Shown: one piece after another, positions 1 to 12,284 of the stretch
Layout of the letters: each line of letters opens with the position of its first letter
Numbering within the stretch: the stretch's first letter is position 1
From: Geotalea uraniireducens Rf4
GTDB lineage: Bacteria; Desulfobacterota; Desulfuromonadia; Geobacterales; Geobacteraceae
Reading direction: 5' to 3'
DNA length: 32,000 bases
Assembly: GCF_000016745.1 (NCBI RefSeq)
Contig: NC_009483.1
Location: forward strand, 360,001-392,000
Position numbers and translations under genes: made by a program
The notes under the pieces: generated by a model
Databases searched by the model: none
Told to the model about the DNA's origin: nothing
Seen by the model: the letters and a program-made list of their open reading frames with translations, nothing else

Positions 1-35
1 ATGGCAGTCAATGGCGGTAGGGCCGGGATAATACC

Positions 36-65
36 TTGCCAGCTGTTGGCAAAATTTGTTACTAT
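36..65 (+). promoter_or_regulatory. candidate sigma70-type promoter upstream of the radical SAM gene
   Basis: TTGCCA (36-41), 18-nt spacer, TACTAT (60-65) preceded by TGt (57-59, extended -10 like). TTGCCA/TGGCAA (36-41/47-52) also form a 6-bp inverted repeat. Motif match only. Confidence 0.3.
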
Positions 66-109
66 CTACCGGGTCGTGGCGGCGAACTTCCGTCAGGACC
101 TTTATTTTT

Positions 110-2638
110 ATGGGGGATTTTTTGCAAAACGATTATTTGCTGTCAGTTGAAAAGCCAGCTCGCTACATGGGCGGGGAAATGGGGGCGATAGTCAAGGAGC
201 GGGCCGATGTGCGGTTTGTCCTGGCGTTCCCGGATGTATATGAAGTCGGCATGAGTCACCTGGGTTTCAGGATACTCTATGCTATTCTGAACGAAATCGA
301 TTGGCTGGCTGCTGAGCGTGTTTACGCCCCCTGGCCTGACATGGAAGCCCTGCATCGCAGCAACGGCATATCCCTTGCCACCCTGGAAAGTTCAGTCCCT
401 CTTTCCCGGGTGGACATCCTCGGTTTTACCCTCCAGTATGAACTTTCCTACACCAATATCCTCAACATGCTGGAATTGGCCGGCATTCCTCTCCTGGCCT
501 CGGAACGGGGCGAAGGATTCCCACTCGTCATTGGCGGCGGCCCCTGTGCATGCAACCCGGAGCCGTTGGCCGATTTTTTCGATGCCTTCCTCCTGGGAGA
601 CGGAGAAGAAGCGGTAACGGAAATTGCAGTCGTTTACCGCGAATGGAAACGTGTTAAGTCCACGAAGGAGGAACTCCTTGAGCGGCTGGCAAAGATTGAC
701 GGGGTCTATATTCCGTCTTTTTTCTCTGTTGACTATGACGCGTCCGGGCGGATCGAGACGCTCAGGCCGCTCAAGCCGGGCTATGTAAAGGTCAGGAGGC
801 GGATCGCCGCTGACCTGAATGGGATTGACTACCCGGGCGCTCCGGTTGTTCCCTTCCTGAAGACGGTTCACGACCGGGTGAGCATGGAGGTAGCCCGCGG
901 CTGTACCCGCGGCTGCCGCTTCTGCCAGGCGGGGTATATTTACCGTCCAGTGCGCGAACGGACGCCGGAGCAGATTCTGGCCAAGATCGAGGAGACCCTG
1001 CGTAACACCGGTTACGATGAAGTATCGCTTCTTTCCCTTTCAACCGGAGATTACGGCTGCCTTACTCCGCTGCTCAAGGAACTCATGGAGCGGTATGCCA
1101 AGGAGCGTATTGCCGTTTCTTTGCCATCCCTGCGGGTGGGGAGCCTCACCCCGGAGATCGTGGAGGAGATAAAGAAGGTCAGGAAGACCGGCTTTACCCT
1201 TGCCCCTGAAGCCGGCAGCGAGCGGCTGCGCCAGGTTATCAATAAGGGGATAACCGAGACGGACCTGCTGAATACCGCTTTTGAGGTCTACAGTGCCGGC
1301 TGGCGGCTGATCAAGCTCTATTTCATGATCGGTCTGCCGACGGAAACCATGGATGATGTGCTTGGCATTGCTGAACTGGCCAAACAGGTTAAATTCCAGG
1401 GGAAGCGGACCGGCGCCGGCGGTGAGGTCAATGTGGCGGTCAGCAGCTTTGTGCCGAAGCCCCATACGCCATTCCAATGGGAACCGCAGATCAGTTACGA
1501 GGAAATTCTCGAAAAGCAGCAGTTTCTGCGCCTGGAGCTGAAAAAGCGCAAGCTGAATTTCAAGTGGCAGGATGCCCCCTTGTCCGTAATGGAGGGGGTC
1601 TTTGCACGTGGTGACCGGCGACTCGGTCGGGTGCTGATCGAAGCACGACGGCTGGGGTGCCGTTTCGACGGCTGGGGCGAGCATTTCAGCTTTTCCAGGT
1701 GGCAGCAGGCATTTGCCGCAACGGCCATTGATCCGCTCTTCTATCATCGCCGTCGTGACCTTGAGGAGGTTCTTCCCTGGGACCACCTTGAGAGCGGCGT
1801 CAGCAGGGAGTTTCTCCGTTCGGAGTTGGAGAAGTCTGCTGTCAGCTCCTATACGCCGGACTGCCGCAGCGGTGTCTGCTCGGGATGCGGCGTCTGCGAT
1901 TTTGAAATGATACGGATGAGGCTCAATGGGGCCGAAGAGACCTGTGGTGGCGCACCCGTGACGGAATCAGGGCAGCCGGTGGAGGCGGAGCGCATCCGGC
2001 TCCGGTTTCAGAAAATCGGCCGGATGCGCTTCCTGAGCCACCTGGAGATGCTCAACCTGTTCATCAGGGCTATCGGCAGAGCCCGGGTACCGATCCGCTA
2101 TTCCCAGGGGTTTCATCCCCACCCCAAATTTTCCTTTGCCACGGCGCTGTCGGTAGGCGTGGAATCGTGGGCCGAATACATGGATATGGAGTTGAACGCA
2201 GGTTTCGGCGCGGAGAGGCTGAAGGAGGCGCTCAACCAGGTGCTGCCCGAAGGTGTGCGTGTCCTTGAGTCCCATGCAATAATGTTGAACAGTGAATCAC
2301 TATCGGTTATCATGGAAAGCGTGCGTTATCGCGTCATTCTGCCGCCCGGTGCGGGGCAGGATCTCCCCGGCCAGGTGGAGCGCTTCCTTGCCCTTGACAC
2401 ATACCCCCATCGCCGGGAAAAGAAGGGTAAGGTCGTGGCTTTCGACTTGCGACATGAAACGGTTAGCCTTACCGCTTCAGCTGACTGCCTGGAGATGGAG
2501 GTCCGGCGCGGCAAACCGTTGGAATTTGTTGCAGCCGTCACCGGTCTGCCGGCTGATGCGCTCGCCGGTGCGAAAATCGAGAAGCTTGAAGTCAATTTCA
2601 GAAGCGGCGAAGGGCGAACTGTTGCCGGCGCCGATTGA
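110..2638 (+). CDS. radical SAM protein (TIGR03960-like) fused to a DUF2344/TIGR03936-like C-terminal module
   Basis: Frame is open 56-2638. ATG at 110 gives MGDFLQNDYLLSVEKPARYMGGE, a typical N-terminus for this family. CTRGCRFC (CxxxCxxC) is the radical SAM cluster motif. The C-terminal ~230 aa (RIRLRFQKIGRMRFLSHLE...) looks like the radical-SAM-associated DUF2344 module. Start codon is uncertain (TTG 56 vs ATG 110). Confidence 0.8.
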   Translation: MGDFLQNDYLLSVEKPARYMGGEMGAIVKERADVRFVLAFPDVYEVGMSHLGFRILYAILNEIDWLAAERVYAPWPDMEALHRSNGISLATLESSVPLSRVDILGFTLQYELSYTNILNMLELAGIPLLASERGEGFPLVIGGGPCACNPEPLADFFDAFLLGDGEEAVTEIAVVYREWKRVKSTKEELLERLAKIDGVYIPSFFSVDYDASGRIETLRPLKPGYVKVRRRIAADLNGIDYPGAPVVPFLKTVHDRVSMEVARGCTRGCRFCQAGYIYRPVRERTPEQILAKIEETLRNTGYDEVSLLSLSTGDYGCLTPLLKELMERYAKERIAVSLPSLRVGSLTPEIVEEIKKVRKTGFTLAPEAGSERLRQVINKGITETDLLNTAFEVYSAGWRLIKLYFMIGLPTETMDDVLGIAELAKQVKFQGKRTGAGGEVNVAVSSFVPKPHTPFQWEPQISYEEILEKQQFLRLELKKRKLNFKWQDAPLSVMEGVFARGDRRLGRVLIEARRLGCRFDGWGEHFSFSRWQQAFAATAIDPLFYHRRRDLEEVLPWDHLESGVSREFLRSELEKSAVSSYTPDCRSGVCSGCGVCDFEMIRMRLNGAEETCGGAPVTESGQPVEAERIRLRFQKIGRMRFLSHLEMLNLFIRAIGRARVPIRYSQGFHPHPKFSFATALSVGVESWAEYMDMELNAGFGAERLKEALNQVLPEGVRVLESHAIMLNSESLSVIMESVRYRVILPPGAGQDLPGQVERFLALDTYPHRREKKGKVVAFDLRHETVSLTASADCLEMEVRRGKPLEFVAAVTGLPADALAGAKIEKLEVNFRSGEGRTVAGAD

Positions 2639-2693
2639 CTTCCGAGACAAACAGTACATATCAATTATACTTGCATAATACAATGAGGTAATC

Positions 2694-4205
<1,512 letters not shown>

Positions 4206-4219
4206 ATAAATTAAACACC

Positions 4220-4338
4220 CCTGAACCGCAAAGGACCCAAAGGGCCTAAAACGCCAGGAACGCAGAGAAAACATGATCTTTTTCGAGTTCTTCGCGCACT
4301 TTGCGCTTTAGGCCCTTTGCGCCTTCGCGGTTCAAAGG
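4220..4338. repeat. palindromic intergenic element (MITE/REP-like) in the rng-purT spacer
   Basis: Left arm cctGAACCGCaAAGGacCCAAAGGGCCTAAA (4220-4250) is the imperfect reverse complement of TTTAGGCCCTTTGcgCCTTcGCGGTTCaaagg (4307-4338). Each arm carries 2-3 copies of a (C)CAAAGG-type word at 8-9 bp spacing. Confidence 0.6.
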
Positions 4339-4361
4339 TTTTCTGTATTCAAGGAGAGCAT

Positions 4362-5540
4362 ATGATTGGGACCCCTCTGAAGAATAATGCTACACGTATT
4401 ATGCTGCTCGGTTCCGGCGAGCTGGGGAAGGAAGTGGTCATAGAAGCCCAGCGGCTCGGTGTCGAGGTAATTGCCGTGGACCGCTACCCGAATGCGCCGG
4501 CCATGCAGGTGGCCCACCGAAGCCATGTGGTCAACATGCTCGATCGGGAAGAACTTTCGCGGGTGATCCGCCTGGAGCGTCCCGATTACATCGTGCCTGA
4601 GATCGAGGCGATCAATACGCCATACCTGCTGGAGCTGGAAAAGGAAGGTTTCGCCGTCATTCCCACGGCCCGCGCCACGAACCTGACCATGAACCGCGAA
4701 GGGATCAGGCGGCTTGCCGCCGAAGAGCTGGGGCTCCCTACGGCGCAATACCTTTTTGCCACTTCAATGGAAGAGTTCAGTGCCGGCGTGGAGCGCATCG
4801 GCCTTCCCTGCGTGGTGAAGCCGATCATGAGTTCTTCCGGCAAGGGTCAGAGCGTCGTGCGCGATGCAGCCGACCTGGAACGGGCCTGGACCTATGCCAT
4901 GGAAGGGGCGCGGGGCGCGTCGGACAAGGTCATCATCGAGGAGTTCATCCCCTTTGACTACGAGATCACCCTGCTGACGGTGCGCTACAGCGACGGGACC
5001 CGTTTCTGCCCGCCTATCGGCCATGTGCAGATCAAGGGCGATTATCATGAATCGTGGCAGCCGATGGCAATGACCCCCCAGGTATTGGCGGAAGCCGAAC
5101 GACAGGCCAAGGCGGTCACCGATGCCCTGGGGGGCTTCGGCATCTTCGGCGTCGAGCTGTTCATCAAGGGTGACCGGGTCTGGTTCAGCGAGGTTTCGCC
5201 CCGTCCCCACGACACCGGCATGGTGACCATGGTGTCCCAGAACATGTCGGAGTTCGAGCTCCATGTGCGAGCCATCCTCGGGCTGCCGGTGCCGGAAGTG
5301 GTCAACCTCGCCCCGGCCGCTTCCCACGTCATCCTGGCCGATGCGACCGTTGCGGAAGTTGCATTCGACGGTCTGGCCGAGGCGTTGTCGGTGCCTGACA
5401 CCAAGCTTCGTCTGTTCGGCAAGCCGGATGCCCGTCCCGGCCGCCGCATGGGGGTGGCGCTATCCCTCGGGACGGATACGGACGAAGCGCGCAAGAGGGC
5501 GGAACAGGCTGCCCATGCGGTGAAAATAGTTACGGTCTGA
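4362..5540 (+). CDS. purT: formate-dependent phosphoribosylglycinamide formyltransferase (GAR transformylase 2)
   Basis: 392 aa starting [42 protein letters not shown], a classic PurT ATP-grasp N-terminus. AAGGAG SD at 4351-4356. The longer ORF start at 4317 lies inside the palindromic repeat and was rejected. Confidence 0.9.
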   Translation: MIGTPLKNNATRIMLLGSGELGKEVVIEAQRLGVEVIAVDRYPNAPAMQVAHRSHVVNMLDREELSRVIRLERPDYIVPEIEAINTPYLLELEKEGFAVIPTARATNLTMNREGIRRLAAEELGLPTAQYLFATSMEEFSAGVERIGLPCVVKPIMSSSGKGQSVVRDAADLERAWTYAMEGARGASDKVIIEEFIPFDYEITLLTVRYSDGTRFCPPIGHVQIKGDYHESWQPMAMTPQVLAEAERQAKAVTDALGGFGIFGVELFIKGDRVWFSEVSPRPHDTGMVTMVSQNMSEFELHVRAILGLPVPEVVNLAPAASHVILADATVAEVAFDGLAEALSVPDTKLRLFGKPDARPGRRMGVALSLGTDTDEARKRAEQAAHAVKIVTV

Positions 5541-5564
5541 CGTATAACTGTTTGGAGGAATGCA

Positions 5565-5867
5565 ATGATATTTGCCGCGAAGGTTTCCGAGGTTCCACCC
5601 TGGGGGAAAAAGGTCGTCAGCATCAACGGCCAGGAGATATTGCTGGTCAACGCCAAAGGGATAATCTATGCCTGCGAGACCGAATGCCCCCACCAGGGCG
5701 CACCCCTTTCCGGCGCACTGGTAAAGGATGCGGAACACCTCTCCTGCCAGCGGCACGGCTATCGATTCAATCTTAAGACCGGCGCCTGCGCGGATTTTCC
5801 GGAATATACCCTGAAGGTCTATCCGGTACAGGTTCAGGGTGACGATATTATGGTGGACCTCGGTTAA
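5565..5867 (+). CDS. small Rieske [2Fe-2S] domain protein
   Basis: CPHQG...17 aa...CQRHG, i.e. CxH / CxxH Rieske ligand boxes. 100 aa. GGAGG SD at 5554-5558. Confidence 0.8.
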   Translation: MIFAAKVSEVPPWGKKVVSINGQEILLVNAKGIIYACETECPHQGAPLSGALVKDAEHLSCQRHGYRFNLKTGACADFPEYTLKVYPVQVQGDDIMVDLG

Positions 5868-5886
5868 GGGGTGTTGAAAAAAGTCC

Positions 5887-5915
5887 TTGACTTATAAGTT
5901 GTTTTTCGCTATTTT
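5887..5915 (+). promoter_or_regulatory. candidate sigma70 promoter of rplU-rpmA
   Basis: TTGACT (5887-5892), 17-nt spacer, TATTTT (5910-5915), about 43 nt upstream of the rplU ATG. Confidence 0.45.
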
Positions 5916-5957
5916 TCAATGCTCTTTGTAAAATCAGGATAAAGGTGGTGAAAGTAC

Positions 5958-6266
5958 ATGTACGCAGTAGTGAGAACCGGAGGGAAACAATATAAAGTTT
6001 CCGAAGGCGACTTTTTAAAAGTCGAAAAACTTGAGGGTGCGGTAGGCGATACTGTTGAACTCTCTGAAGTCCTGATGGTTGGCGGCGATAAGGTAGCAAT
6101 CGGAACACCTTTAGTGCCCAGCGCCTCTGTGGTCGGCAAGATTGTCGAGCAGGGCAAGGACAAGAAGATTCTCGTCTTCAAATCCAAGCGCCGGAAAGAT
6201 TCCAGGAAACTTAACGGGCACCGTCAACTCAGAACCATTTTGAAGATCGAGAAGATCAACGCCTAA
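5958..6266 (+). CDS. rplU: 50S ribosomal protein L21
   Basis: [25 protein letters not shown] is the canonical L21 N-terminus; 102 aa. Confidence 0.95.
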   Translation: MYAVVRTGGKQYKVSEGDFLKVEKLEGAVGDTVELSEVLMVGGDKVAIGTPLVPSASVVGKIVEQGKDKKILVFKSKRRKDSRKLNGHRQLRTILKIEKINA

Positions 6267-6296
6267 GAAATAATTAGAGGACGGCACGTAGAAAAC

Positions 6297-6323
6297 TTCC
6301 AGCTCGGTTGCAGGCAGCTGGAA
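6297..6323 (+). promoter_or_regulatory. stem-loop in the rplU-rpmA spacer
   Basis: TTCCAGCT (6297-6304) pairs with AGCTGGAA (6316-6323) around an 11-nt loop. No T-tract follows. Function unknown (processing or stability element?). Confidence 0.3.
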
Positions 6324-6352
6324 CCGGACGGAGCCGTTAGGAGGAGTAGAAA

Positions 6353-6610
6353 ATGGCACATAAAAAAGGCGTCGGCAGTACCAGGAACGGCCGCGATTCA
6401 GACGGCCAAAGGCTTGGCTGTAAAAAATTCGGCGGCGAGCATGTCAAAGCCGGCAATATCATCTACCGTCAGCATGGCACCAAGATCCATCCCGGCAACA
6501 ACGTCGGTTTAGGGCGGGACTATACCCTCTTTGCCCTTATCGAGGGTGTGGTGAAGTTCGAGCGGATGGGACGCGACCGGAAAAAGGTTTCCGTTTACCC
6601 CGCCAACTAG
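6353..6610 (+). CDS. rpmA: 50S ribosomal protein L27
   Basis: [28 protein letters not shown] is the canonical L27 N-terminus. GGAGGAG SD upstream. Confidence 0.95.
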   Translation: MAHKKGVGSTRNGRDSDGQRLGCKKFGGEHVKAGNIIYRQHGTKIHPGNNVGLGRDYTLFALIEGVVKFERMGRDRKKVSVYPAN

Positions 6611-6620
6611 CAATTGCTGA

Positions 6621-7706
<1,086 letters not shown>

Positions 7707-7754
7707 TGAAGCGGTCGGCAGTTGATGGTCTATGGTGAATGGAAGAATGGAAAA

Positions 7755-7790
7755 GCCGTGCTCCCCATTTCGGGGTGGCGCGGCTTTTTT
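7755..7790. terminator. bidirectional intrinsic terminator between convergent obg and the S8 protease gene
   Basis: AAAA-GCCGTGCTCCCC-atttc-GGGGTGGCGCGGC-TTTTTT is a GC-rich stem with one bulge, flanked by an A-run and a T-run. Confidence 0.65.
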
Positions 7791-7815
7791 GTCCGGTTCG
7801 TCATGGAAGACTTCG

Positions 7816-10800
7816 TCATTGGGCCAGGATGATGTTGTCCAACTCAACGGTTCCATTGCCCACGACCAGACTGCCATGCACTGTGGTGTATCCCGAGTTG
7901 TCGGCAAAGTAACAGTCATAGCCCCCTTTCAGGGCAAGGGGGATGCCCCTGTTGATCGTGATGTTTCCGAAGGTCTCTACCCCCTGCAGTTGAAGAACTT
8001 CGGAGTCAGCGGCTGCGTCAGCTGCTGACTGGATCGCATCAAAATAGAGAAGAGGTGTTCGCGCAATACGCACCTGCGATGCGACACACGGGGGGGCAAC
8101 GACCGAAAGTGTCATCGGCCTCAAGGCCGTTTTGCCGGCACTGTCCTGGAGGCTCATTGTAAAGCTGTAATTGCCGATTCCATTGGCGGTCCCTTTGATG
8201 CGGGCGGACCCGTCCGCCGAGCTTTCCAGGGAAAGGCCGGAGGGAAGGCTGCCTGATGCAATGCCCCAGGAATAGGGAGCGATCCCTCCCCCGCCGGTGA
8301 TGAGCTGGTTGAAAGCGACCCCGATGATCACCGGATTAAGGGAGGTATCGTCGATGCCCATAACCTGCATCATGAGGAGCCTTGTTGCGATCTTTCCGGT
8401 GCTGTCGGCAACCCTGACCTCGACCATGGTGTCCCCCCTGCCAGTTGGTGTCCCGGAAATTGCGCCGCTTGAGGGATCGATGGCCAGGCCTGAGGGCAGA
8501 GTGCCGGATGCTATGGACCAGGTGTAGGGCGCCGTTCCACCTTTGACTGACAGGGCCGCATTGTAGGCAGTGCCCGATGCCCCGGCGGGGAGGGAAGCGG
8601 TGGTAATGGCAAAGGCATTCGCATCATTGAGCTTGATCGTAAACGCTCCCCACCCGTTGTCTCCGCTGCCGGTAAGCATCAGATTGCCTAAAGCATCCAG
8701 TGCCAGCCGCTCCCCTGCCTCTGTTACGCCACCATCATAGGTTATGGCCCATAGCCTGTTGCCCGATGGGTCATACTTGAGGATAAGGTAATCATAGCCG
8801 GCATAGGGGGTGCTCTGTATGCTGCCAATGACATGAATGGAGTTGTTTTTATCAACGGCAAGGCCGTACCCCTTGGTGCCGACCCCTGCTGGATAGGTTT
8901 TCATCCAGATGGGGTCGCCGTTGGCACTGAATTTCCTGAGAAAAAGCGTCGGAGGGGAGCCGAGCAGCCAGCCGGTCACATAGACGTCCCCGTTTGCGTC
9001 AACTGCAATATCCTGCCCCGCCTCCTCCTGGTTGCCTTTAAAAGCTTTGTACCATTGCAAATTGCCCGAGGCGTCATACTTGATGAGGGGGGTATCAACA
9101 GGATAATCCAGGGTTTCCCTGTAGCCGGTTATGTAGACATTACCGGTGGTGTCAACGGTGATGTATGGGTTCCATAGATAGGGGAGCGTGCCAGGTTGTA
9201 GCAGCGTGCTCCAGAGCTCATTGCCGGCCGCATCGTACTTGACTGTGAGATAACCCCCGTCGTCAGGAGATCCGACCATGTAGATATTGCCATTGGCATC
9301 GCTGGTAATGTCATAGACTATATTTCCAGGGTGTTTCCTTGTCCAGACGATCTCGCCATCAGGATCATACTTGACGAGAAAATACTCCGTTTCCAGTATG
9401 CAGGATTGGCAGTTTGGTGCGGTAAAACCTCCCACGTAAACGTAACCATCCCTGTCAACGGTGACTGCTGCCGGTTGATCATACGTACCCTGGCTGTATT
9501 TCCTCGACCACAGCTCCTGGCCGGCGGGGCTGTATTTGACCAGGAAAAAGTCGTAATCCTGTCCAAATCCCTGGCGAATGACATAACTGTTGCCGTCAGC
9601 GTCAAAGGCAACGTCAGTCATTTTCCCTACCCTGAAACTGTCGGATGAGATGTCGATGCCGGGATATGCGATGTTGTGCCAGGCCTCGGAGATGCCGGCA
9701 GGGTAGACAGAGATCGATAGGTCCTTTAAAGCCTTTGCCCCGTAGACATCTGCTGCCTGCAGCGTGAAGGGATAGATGCCAGGTTGGGCGGAGGAACCGG
9801 AAAACTGACCAGTTGATGCATCTAAAGTTATTCCGGGAGGGAGACTTCCCGAAATGATGGACCAGCCATAGGGGGGATAGCCTGAGACTGGTACGCTGTC
9901 GCTGTATGGGGCGCTCAAGGCGGCATTTGCCGTGTATCCGGCAATGGCAAAGGTAGGATATTCCACCGTGTCCTGCCCCGCCGGAGAGGAAAAAAGCAGT
10001 ATGGCCTTGGACCCTTTGGGAGTCCATGTTCCAGTGAATATCCCGTCTCCGGCGGCAAGATCGGCGCCGGTTCCATCGTCGGCAAGGGTTATGACCTCTC
10101 CCGTGGAGGCCCGCATCACCACGGGGCCAACGGGCAGGTCACAATTGATGCTCAGTGCGGAAACCGTCACCGGAGTTCCCGCGGTAATTGTTGTTGGCAG
10201 GCTGAGAGCGGAAAAGACCGGACTGTTGTTGCAGGACAGTGAGCCATTGGCGTTGAGCCGCTTGCCGGTAACCGTCCGCTCGTACATACTCGACACGTTG
10301 TCCCCACCCGCCAGGAGGAGGTTTTTTATGGCAATCCAGTCCCGCCCTGGGTCTTGGGCCTTGAGCAGGGCGGCAACCCCCGTGACATGGGGAGTGGCCA
10401 TGGATGTGCCGGAAAGCAGACCATAGCCACCGGTGATATTCCATTTGTTCTGTGCCGGCAGTGTGCTGAGGATCTTGACGCCCGGGGCGCTGATATCCAC
10501 ACTCCTCCTGCCGTAATTGGAAAAGACCGCCTTGTTGTCATTATGATCGGTGGCAGCCACCGAAATTATATTGGGCAATTCATAGCCTGAAGGATAATGG
10601 TTCCATCCGTTAGTAGTCAAATCGGCTCCATCGTTGCCGGCTGCGGCGATGAAGAGAATATCCCTCTGGGCATTGATGGCATCGTAGAGCGCCTGAGAAT
10701 AGTCTCCTCCCCCCCAGCTGTTGCTGGTGGCAACTATGTTCACACCTTTAGCCTTCAGCCCTCGTATATATTCGAGACACTCCACCGCGCCTGATGTGTC

Positions 10801-11634
10801 ACCGCTGCCGCCGGCGTTGAGGAACTTGCACGTGACGATCTGTACGTTCCAGTTCACTCCGGCAACACCGATGCCGTTATTGCCGACTGCGCCGATGGTG
10901 CCGGCGACATGGGTGCCATGGCCGTTGTCGTCAAAGGGCCAGCTGAAGTGATTGAACGTATCTATCCCATATATGTCGTCAGGATAGCCATTGGCGTCAT
11001 CATCGATCAGATTTCCAGCTATTTCTTCAGGATTTTTCCAGATGTTGTCTGCCAATTCACTGTGGTTGTAATCGATCCCGGTATCGATAACCGCGACGAC
11101 CACATCCGTGCTCCCTGTGGTGATGTTCCAGGCATCAACGGCATGAATATCCGCACTGGGCGTCCCTCCGGTCTGACCGGTGTTGTGCATGCCCCACAGC
11201 TCGCTGAAGCGGCTGTCATCGGGAAGTGCTTCCGCAGTATAGATGAAATTTGGCTCGGCATATTCCACATTGGGGTCCTGCGCGTATTCCCGGATCGCTT
11301 CCTCGACCGTCATCCCCTTTTTCAGCTTCACATGATGGATGCGAAGATGAGGAAACTCCTTTTTCTTTGTCGCACCAAACTTGGCGTGGCTCTTCTGTCT
11401 GGCCTGATCATCGGTGCTGCTTTTGAACTTGACGATCAGTTCATCTTCCTTACGCTTTGGCTTGTGGTCGTTCTTCCCAGACAGATCCTTCGCCCCCTCC
11501 CCCGCGCTCTTTGTCTTTATTGGGGAATCGACCTGTTCCCGTTCAAGGACGGCATGGGCCGAAACGGGACAGAGCATTGCCAGCAGCAAAAGAAACAGAG
11601 AAAAACGATGATGGATCCATCTGCATGACTGCAT
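7816..11634 (-). CDS. secreted multidomain S8 (subtilisin-like) serine peptidase
   Basis: GGAGG SD lies 5 nt before ATG 11634. Signal peptide MQSCRWIHHRFSLFLLLLAMLCPVSAHA. I9-like propeptide (ELIVKFKS...NVEYAEPNFIY). Catalytic triad contexts VAVIDTGID, HGTHVAGTIG and SGTSMATPHVTG. Downstream are about 7 SBBP-type propeller repeats (DANGNIYMVG, DTTGNVYITGY, DANGDVYVTGW...) and several putative Ig (He_PIG-like) repeats (PYTWSIASGTLPSGL...). Confidence 0.9.
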   Translation of the reverse strand: MQSCRWIHHRFSLFLLLLAMLCPVSAHAVLEREQVDSPIKTKSAGEGAKDLSGKNDHKPKRKEDELIVKFKSSTDDQARQKSHAKFGATKKKEFPHLRIHHVKLKKGMTVEEAIREYAQDPNVEYAEPNFIYTAEALPDDSRFSELWGMHNTGQTGGTPSADIHAVDAWNITTGSTDVVVAVIDTGIDYNHSELADNIWKNPEEIAGNLIDDDANGYPDDIYGIDTFNHFSWPFDDNGHGTHVAGTIGAVGNNGIGVAGVNWNVQIVTCKFLNAGGSGDTSGAVECLEYIRGLKAKGVNIVATSNSWGGGDYSQALYDAINAQRDILFIAAAGNDGADLTTNGWNHYPSGYELPNIISVAATDHNDNKAVFSNYGRRSVDISAPGVKILSTLPAQNKWNITGGYGLLSGTSMATPHVTGVAALLKAQDPGRDWIAIKNLLLAGGDNVSSMYERTVTGKRLNANGSLSCNNSPVFSALSLPTTITAGTPVTVSALSINCDLPVGPVVMRASTGEVITLADDGTGADLAAGDGIFTGTWTPKGSKAILLFSSPAGQDTVEYPTFAIAGYTANAALSAPYSDSVPVSGYPPYGWSIISGSLPPGITLDASTGQFSGSSAQPGIYPFTLQAADVYGAKALKDLSISVYPAGISEAWHNIAYPGIDISSDSFRVGKMTDVAFDADGNSYVIRQGFGQDYDFFLVKYSPAGQELWSRKYSQGTYDQPAAVTVDRDGYVYVGGFTAPNCQSCILETEYFLVKYDPDGEIVWTRKHPGNIVYDITSDANGNIYMVGSPDDGGYLTVKYDAAGNELWSTLLQPGTLPYLWNPYITVDTTGNVYITGYRETLDYPVDTPLIKYDASGNLQWYKAFKGNQEEAGQDIAVDANGDVYVTGWLLGSPPTLFLRKFSANGDPIWMKTYPAGVGTKGYGLAVDKNNSIHVIGSIQSTPYAGYDYLILKYDPSGNRLWAITYDGGVTEAGERLALDALGNLMLTGSGDNGWGAFTIKLNDANAFAITTASLPAGASGTAYNAALSVKGGTAPYTWSIASGTLPSGLAIDPSSGAISGTPTGRGDTMVEVRVADSTGKIATRLLMMQVMGIDDTSLNPVIIGVAFNQLITGGGGIAPYSWGIASGSLPSGLSLESSADGSARIKGTANGIGNYSFTMSLQDSAGKTALRPMTLSVVAPPCVASQVRIARTPLLYFDAIQSAADAAADSEVLQLQGVETFGNITINRGIPLALKGGYDCYFADNSGYTTVHGSLVVGNGTVELDNIILAQ

Positions 11635-11852
11635 ACAATCCTCCGTCGCCGAGAGCACCTGTGCACTCTTGGGAAGAAAATTATTTATAACAAATTAGAT
11701 TAAACACATTACCGATAAAGAGTATGGGATGTCAATAATATTGATACAGAGGAGGCGGCAAGAGCGCAGCGGTGCATTTAAGCATGCAGGGGATAGCAAA
11801 GATTGGGCATCGAACTTACGGGGATTGTTCTGATTTTCATGTTGAATATCGG

Positions 11853-12284
11853 CTAATTGTCGATCTTTTCCAGAAACTCCTGCGGCGAAACGATTTTTGC
11901 CGCACCATAGCTTTCCAGCGCCAGCAGATCCTTGTCGCCGGTCACGATATAGGATGCTTGAGCACTGACGGCAACGGCAAGAAACATGTCATCGTACGGG
12001 TCGCGACAGACGCCGTCCGCATTTTCCGCCACATCCACCACATCGAAAAAGGGGAGAATTTCGTCCTCTATGATCGCCTTTATCTCGTCCGCGGTCAGCG
12101 CAAACTTCGGGTAGTGGAGCACCTGCCGTAACTCTGTAAATGTTTCCCTGGAAATAACCGGAATGATGAGGCCGTTCTGCCAGAGTTCGACAAGTCTGGT
12201 CAGGCGTCCCTTGAAAAGAAGGGCGGAAACGAGCACGTTGGTATCGAGGATAACCTGCTTCACCGGCTCTTCTTCCGTGCCCAT
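11853..12284 (-). CDS. PIN-domain toxin (TIGR00305-like putative TA toxin)
   Basis: VILDTNVLVSALLFKG... has the N-terminal acidic PIN motif, with a further conserved D in VTGDKDLL; 143 aa. It overlaps the upstream AbrB-type gene. An alternative GTG start at 12263 forms GTGA with the antitoxin stop. Confidence 0.8.
   Translation of the reverse strand: MGTEEEPVKQVILDTNVLVSALLFKGRLTRLVELWQNGLIIPVISRETFTELRQVLHYPKFALTADEIKAIIEDEILPFFDVVDVAENADGVCRDPYDDMFLAVAVSAQASYIVTGDKDLLALESYGAAKIVSPQEFLEKIDN

Noticed and set aside
47-63. sigma54 promoter TTGGCAaaattTGTTa upstream of the radical SAM gene
   Set aside because: The -24 GG is present but the -12 element is TGT rather than TGC, and the spacing is marginal, so it is not supportable.
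2635-2663. TTGACT-17-ATATCA promoter for rng
   Set aside because: The -10 match is poor. rng may simply be co-transcribed with the upstream radical SAM gene (55-nt gap).
10909-11628. 239-aa plus-strand ORF inside the protease gene, and similar ORFs at 8833-9177 and 9932-10426
   Set aside because: They are antisense to a gene with a complete subtilase catalytic triad and have no independent signals.
11635-11852. c-di-GMP (GEMM-type) riboswitch upstream of the S8 protease gene
   Set aside because: Geobacter genomes often place GEMM elements before secreted-protein genes, so I looked for one. The minus-strand leader lacks the conserved GCAAA / GGGACGCAAAGCC-type core and the paired P1/P2 hairpins. 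Only a TTGACA-18-TAATGT promoter-like match and a 13-bp palindrome TCAATAaTATTGA (11732-44) are present.
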